Below are positions 62,251 to 64,000 of a DNA stretch of 64,000 nucleotides, in pieces (position 1 is the stretch's first letter; each line of letters opens with the position of its first letter). The position numbers and the translations under genes were made by a program. Source of the DNA: Nemertoderma westbladi (Eukaryota; Animalia; Xenacoelomorpha); assembly GCA_032718475.1 (NCBI GenBank), contig JAUCBJ010009149.1, positions 62,001 through 126,000 on the forward strand. The letters run 5' to 3'. The notes under the pieces were generated by a model. That model was not told where the DNA came from. It did no database searches and saw nothing but the letters and a program-made list of their open reading frames with translations.

Positions 62251-64000
62251 ATCAAAATTGTATTTTTTGCCAAGATCTAAAAAATGTATAAAATGAACAC
62301 CCCCCCCCCCCCCCCCCCCCCCCCTCCCCCAGAGCCAATTGCGTTGTAAAATAGCCGTGTCAAAAGGTGTTTCCTTGAACTAAAACTCTAAGTTGGGCAG
62401 TAAGCGTGTTTGTATGTGTCATTGATTCATTACTTTATTTAAGATTATTTTATAACATCAATTTAACGTTGCTATGCTGAGTCGATCAGTAATTTCATTG
62501 GATTAAATTTATATCGGCGTGTTATACTGTATTGTTCATACATACATCAACAATAAATAAATATGTATAATATATCAATAAATAATTAATTACCCAACTG
62601 TACAGTTTAATTTGCTCCGCCCCTCTGCCAATCCTATAGCAGTTCACCCGCTCCACGTGACCAAATGTATGCACTAAAGTTTATTTGAGTGACATCAATT
62701 AATTATAATTACCGTACAGATGGACTTATGGCGCCATTGACAGGGGGGACGTCAAGCGCGTTTTATTATTATTATTACTTCCTACTCCTGACCAATAAAA
62801 GATACATGAATAATACAAATGCACTCTAAAGGGTCTGTAACGTCCAACCATATAGAATCGACCCTGATTGGCTAGAACAGTGTGACGTTGATTGGCTGAC
62901 AGTACAGTAAGTTACGTGTACGAATTCGTAGGCCTGGGCCAAGGACTGGCAGAGCTAAAAGTAAGCCCCCGCTAGCGGGGTCCATTCAGTTTTTATACTA
63001 GACCGTCTTTAAATGTAAAACAAAATAGTCCATTATTGGGTTTTCGGGGTCGAGAAATCCATTTCCGACATTTGCATGGTCATATCACTTCGTTCTGTTG
63101 CCATGGTAACGGGGTAATTTTTTACGATATTTGATTCCCCATGTTATTGTGGCTATAAATAAGGGAAAACCATTCACTATAGGTTTTCGAGGGCGGAGAT
63201 TCAAGTTTTGTTGAGTCAATAACTGATGTGCAGTAAATTGCCAGCTACATGGCGGCCGATATTTTCTAACCAAAACAATAAACGGAAGCTGGAAATTCAG
63301 GAATACATCTGACAATGTTCATACGGCACATTGGTACCGGTAGACTGGGGTGTCTTCCGTAAGCTGGTCAGTCTGTTGGCGGCACCGCTGACTGACACAT
63401 AAGGAATCCGTATGCGGATGCATCATCGACCAATCAAAATTGCAAATCATCCCCTTCTATTTCCTTAGAAATTGATTGGAGCCCTCCTTCCTCCTTTTGG
63501 CTTTTTAGTCTTACTCTTAAGATGTGGTTTTCAAGCAATGTTAGATTTTGAATAGTAATTTGGATCTTTCTATTGGCCTGTTTAGTAATGCTTTAAAATA
63601 TTGGGTGTTATTCAGACTGAATGTTAAAAGGTTTAGAGATTTTAGTGTCTGGATTAGTATGCTATAAATCAAATAGTTATCTATTGTTAATCTTAACACT
63701 CTACCTATGAAGCCTAGACATGGTTCTTCCATCACCATGGGTAAAAGGAATGATTTATTTAATTGGTATCATTATTCTTGTATCACAGGGGCCAGGGGGA
63801 CTTCATGTATAGTATAAAATGTGTTTATGGAAAGTTTCAATTTGACAACTAACACTAGAGTATACTGTAGTTGACGACACCGCGGGCCAAGCCAAGGTCG
63901 TCTTGGCCAAGCCTTTCCAGTAATCTAATTGATATAGCAGTCTTAATTCACCGAGACAAGATATTAATTTGCCGAGATGGGATCTGCGTCAAGTTTCCGC

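Noticed and set aside
59914-62330. Poly-G (about 59914-59947) and poly-C (about 62299-62330) tracts
   Set aside because: Simple homopolymers of uncertain length; no supporting context for function.

Overview
AT-rich animal genomic DNA made largely of nested mobile elements around the 5' part of a host T-box gene. (1) 1-11518 is the right part of a Polinton/Maverick (adintovirus-like) element. It carries a full virion module, an integrase, RING, Maelstrom-like and TBP-like ORFs, and ends in ACTACT inside the gag of a BEL/Pao retrotransposon. (2) There are four copies of one unusual BEL/Pao LTR family. Copy A (23815-40476) has both ends, near-identical LTRs and a GAGTA target duplication, and sits in a 27-bp minisatellite within a T-box intron. 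(3) The rest includes a second BEL/Pao family nested in a MULE-like MITE, plus SINE and LINE remnants. Best novelty candidate: the main BEL/Pao family has no tRNA primer-binding site. The 11-13 nt after the 5' LTR are perfectly complementary to a motif inside its own LTR, and both sites co-vary across three LTR variants, suggesting Tf1-like self-priming. The same family has a conserved, co-varying structured RNA in the LTR with some group I intron-like motifs. It also has an extra 3' gene, joined by two predicted 32/33-nt introns, encoding a WRN/Mut-7-like DEDDy exonuclease plus CCHC knuckles. All protein and RNA family calls are by-eye motif recognition, not database results.
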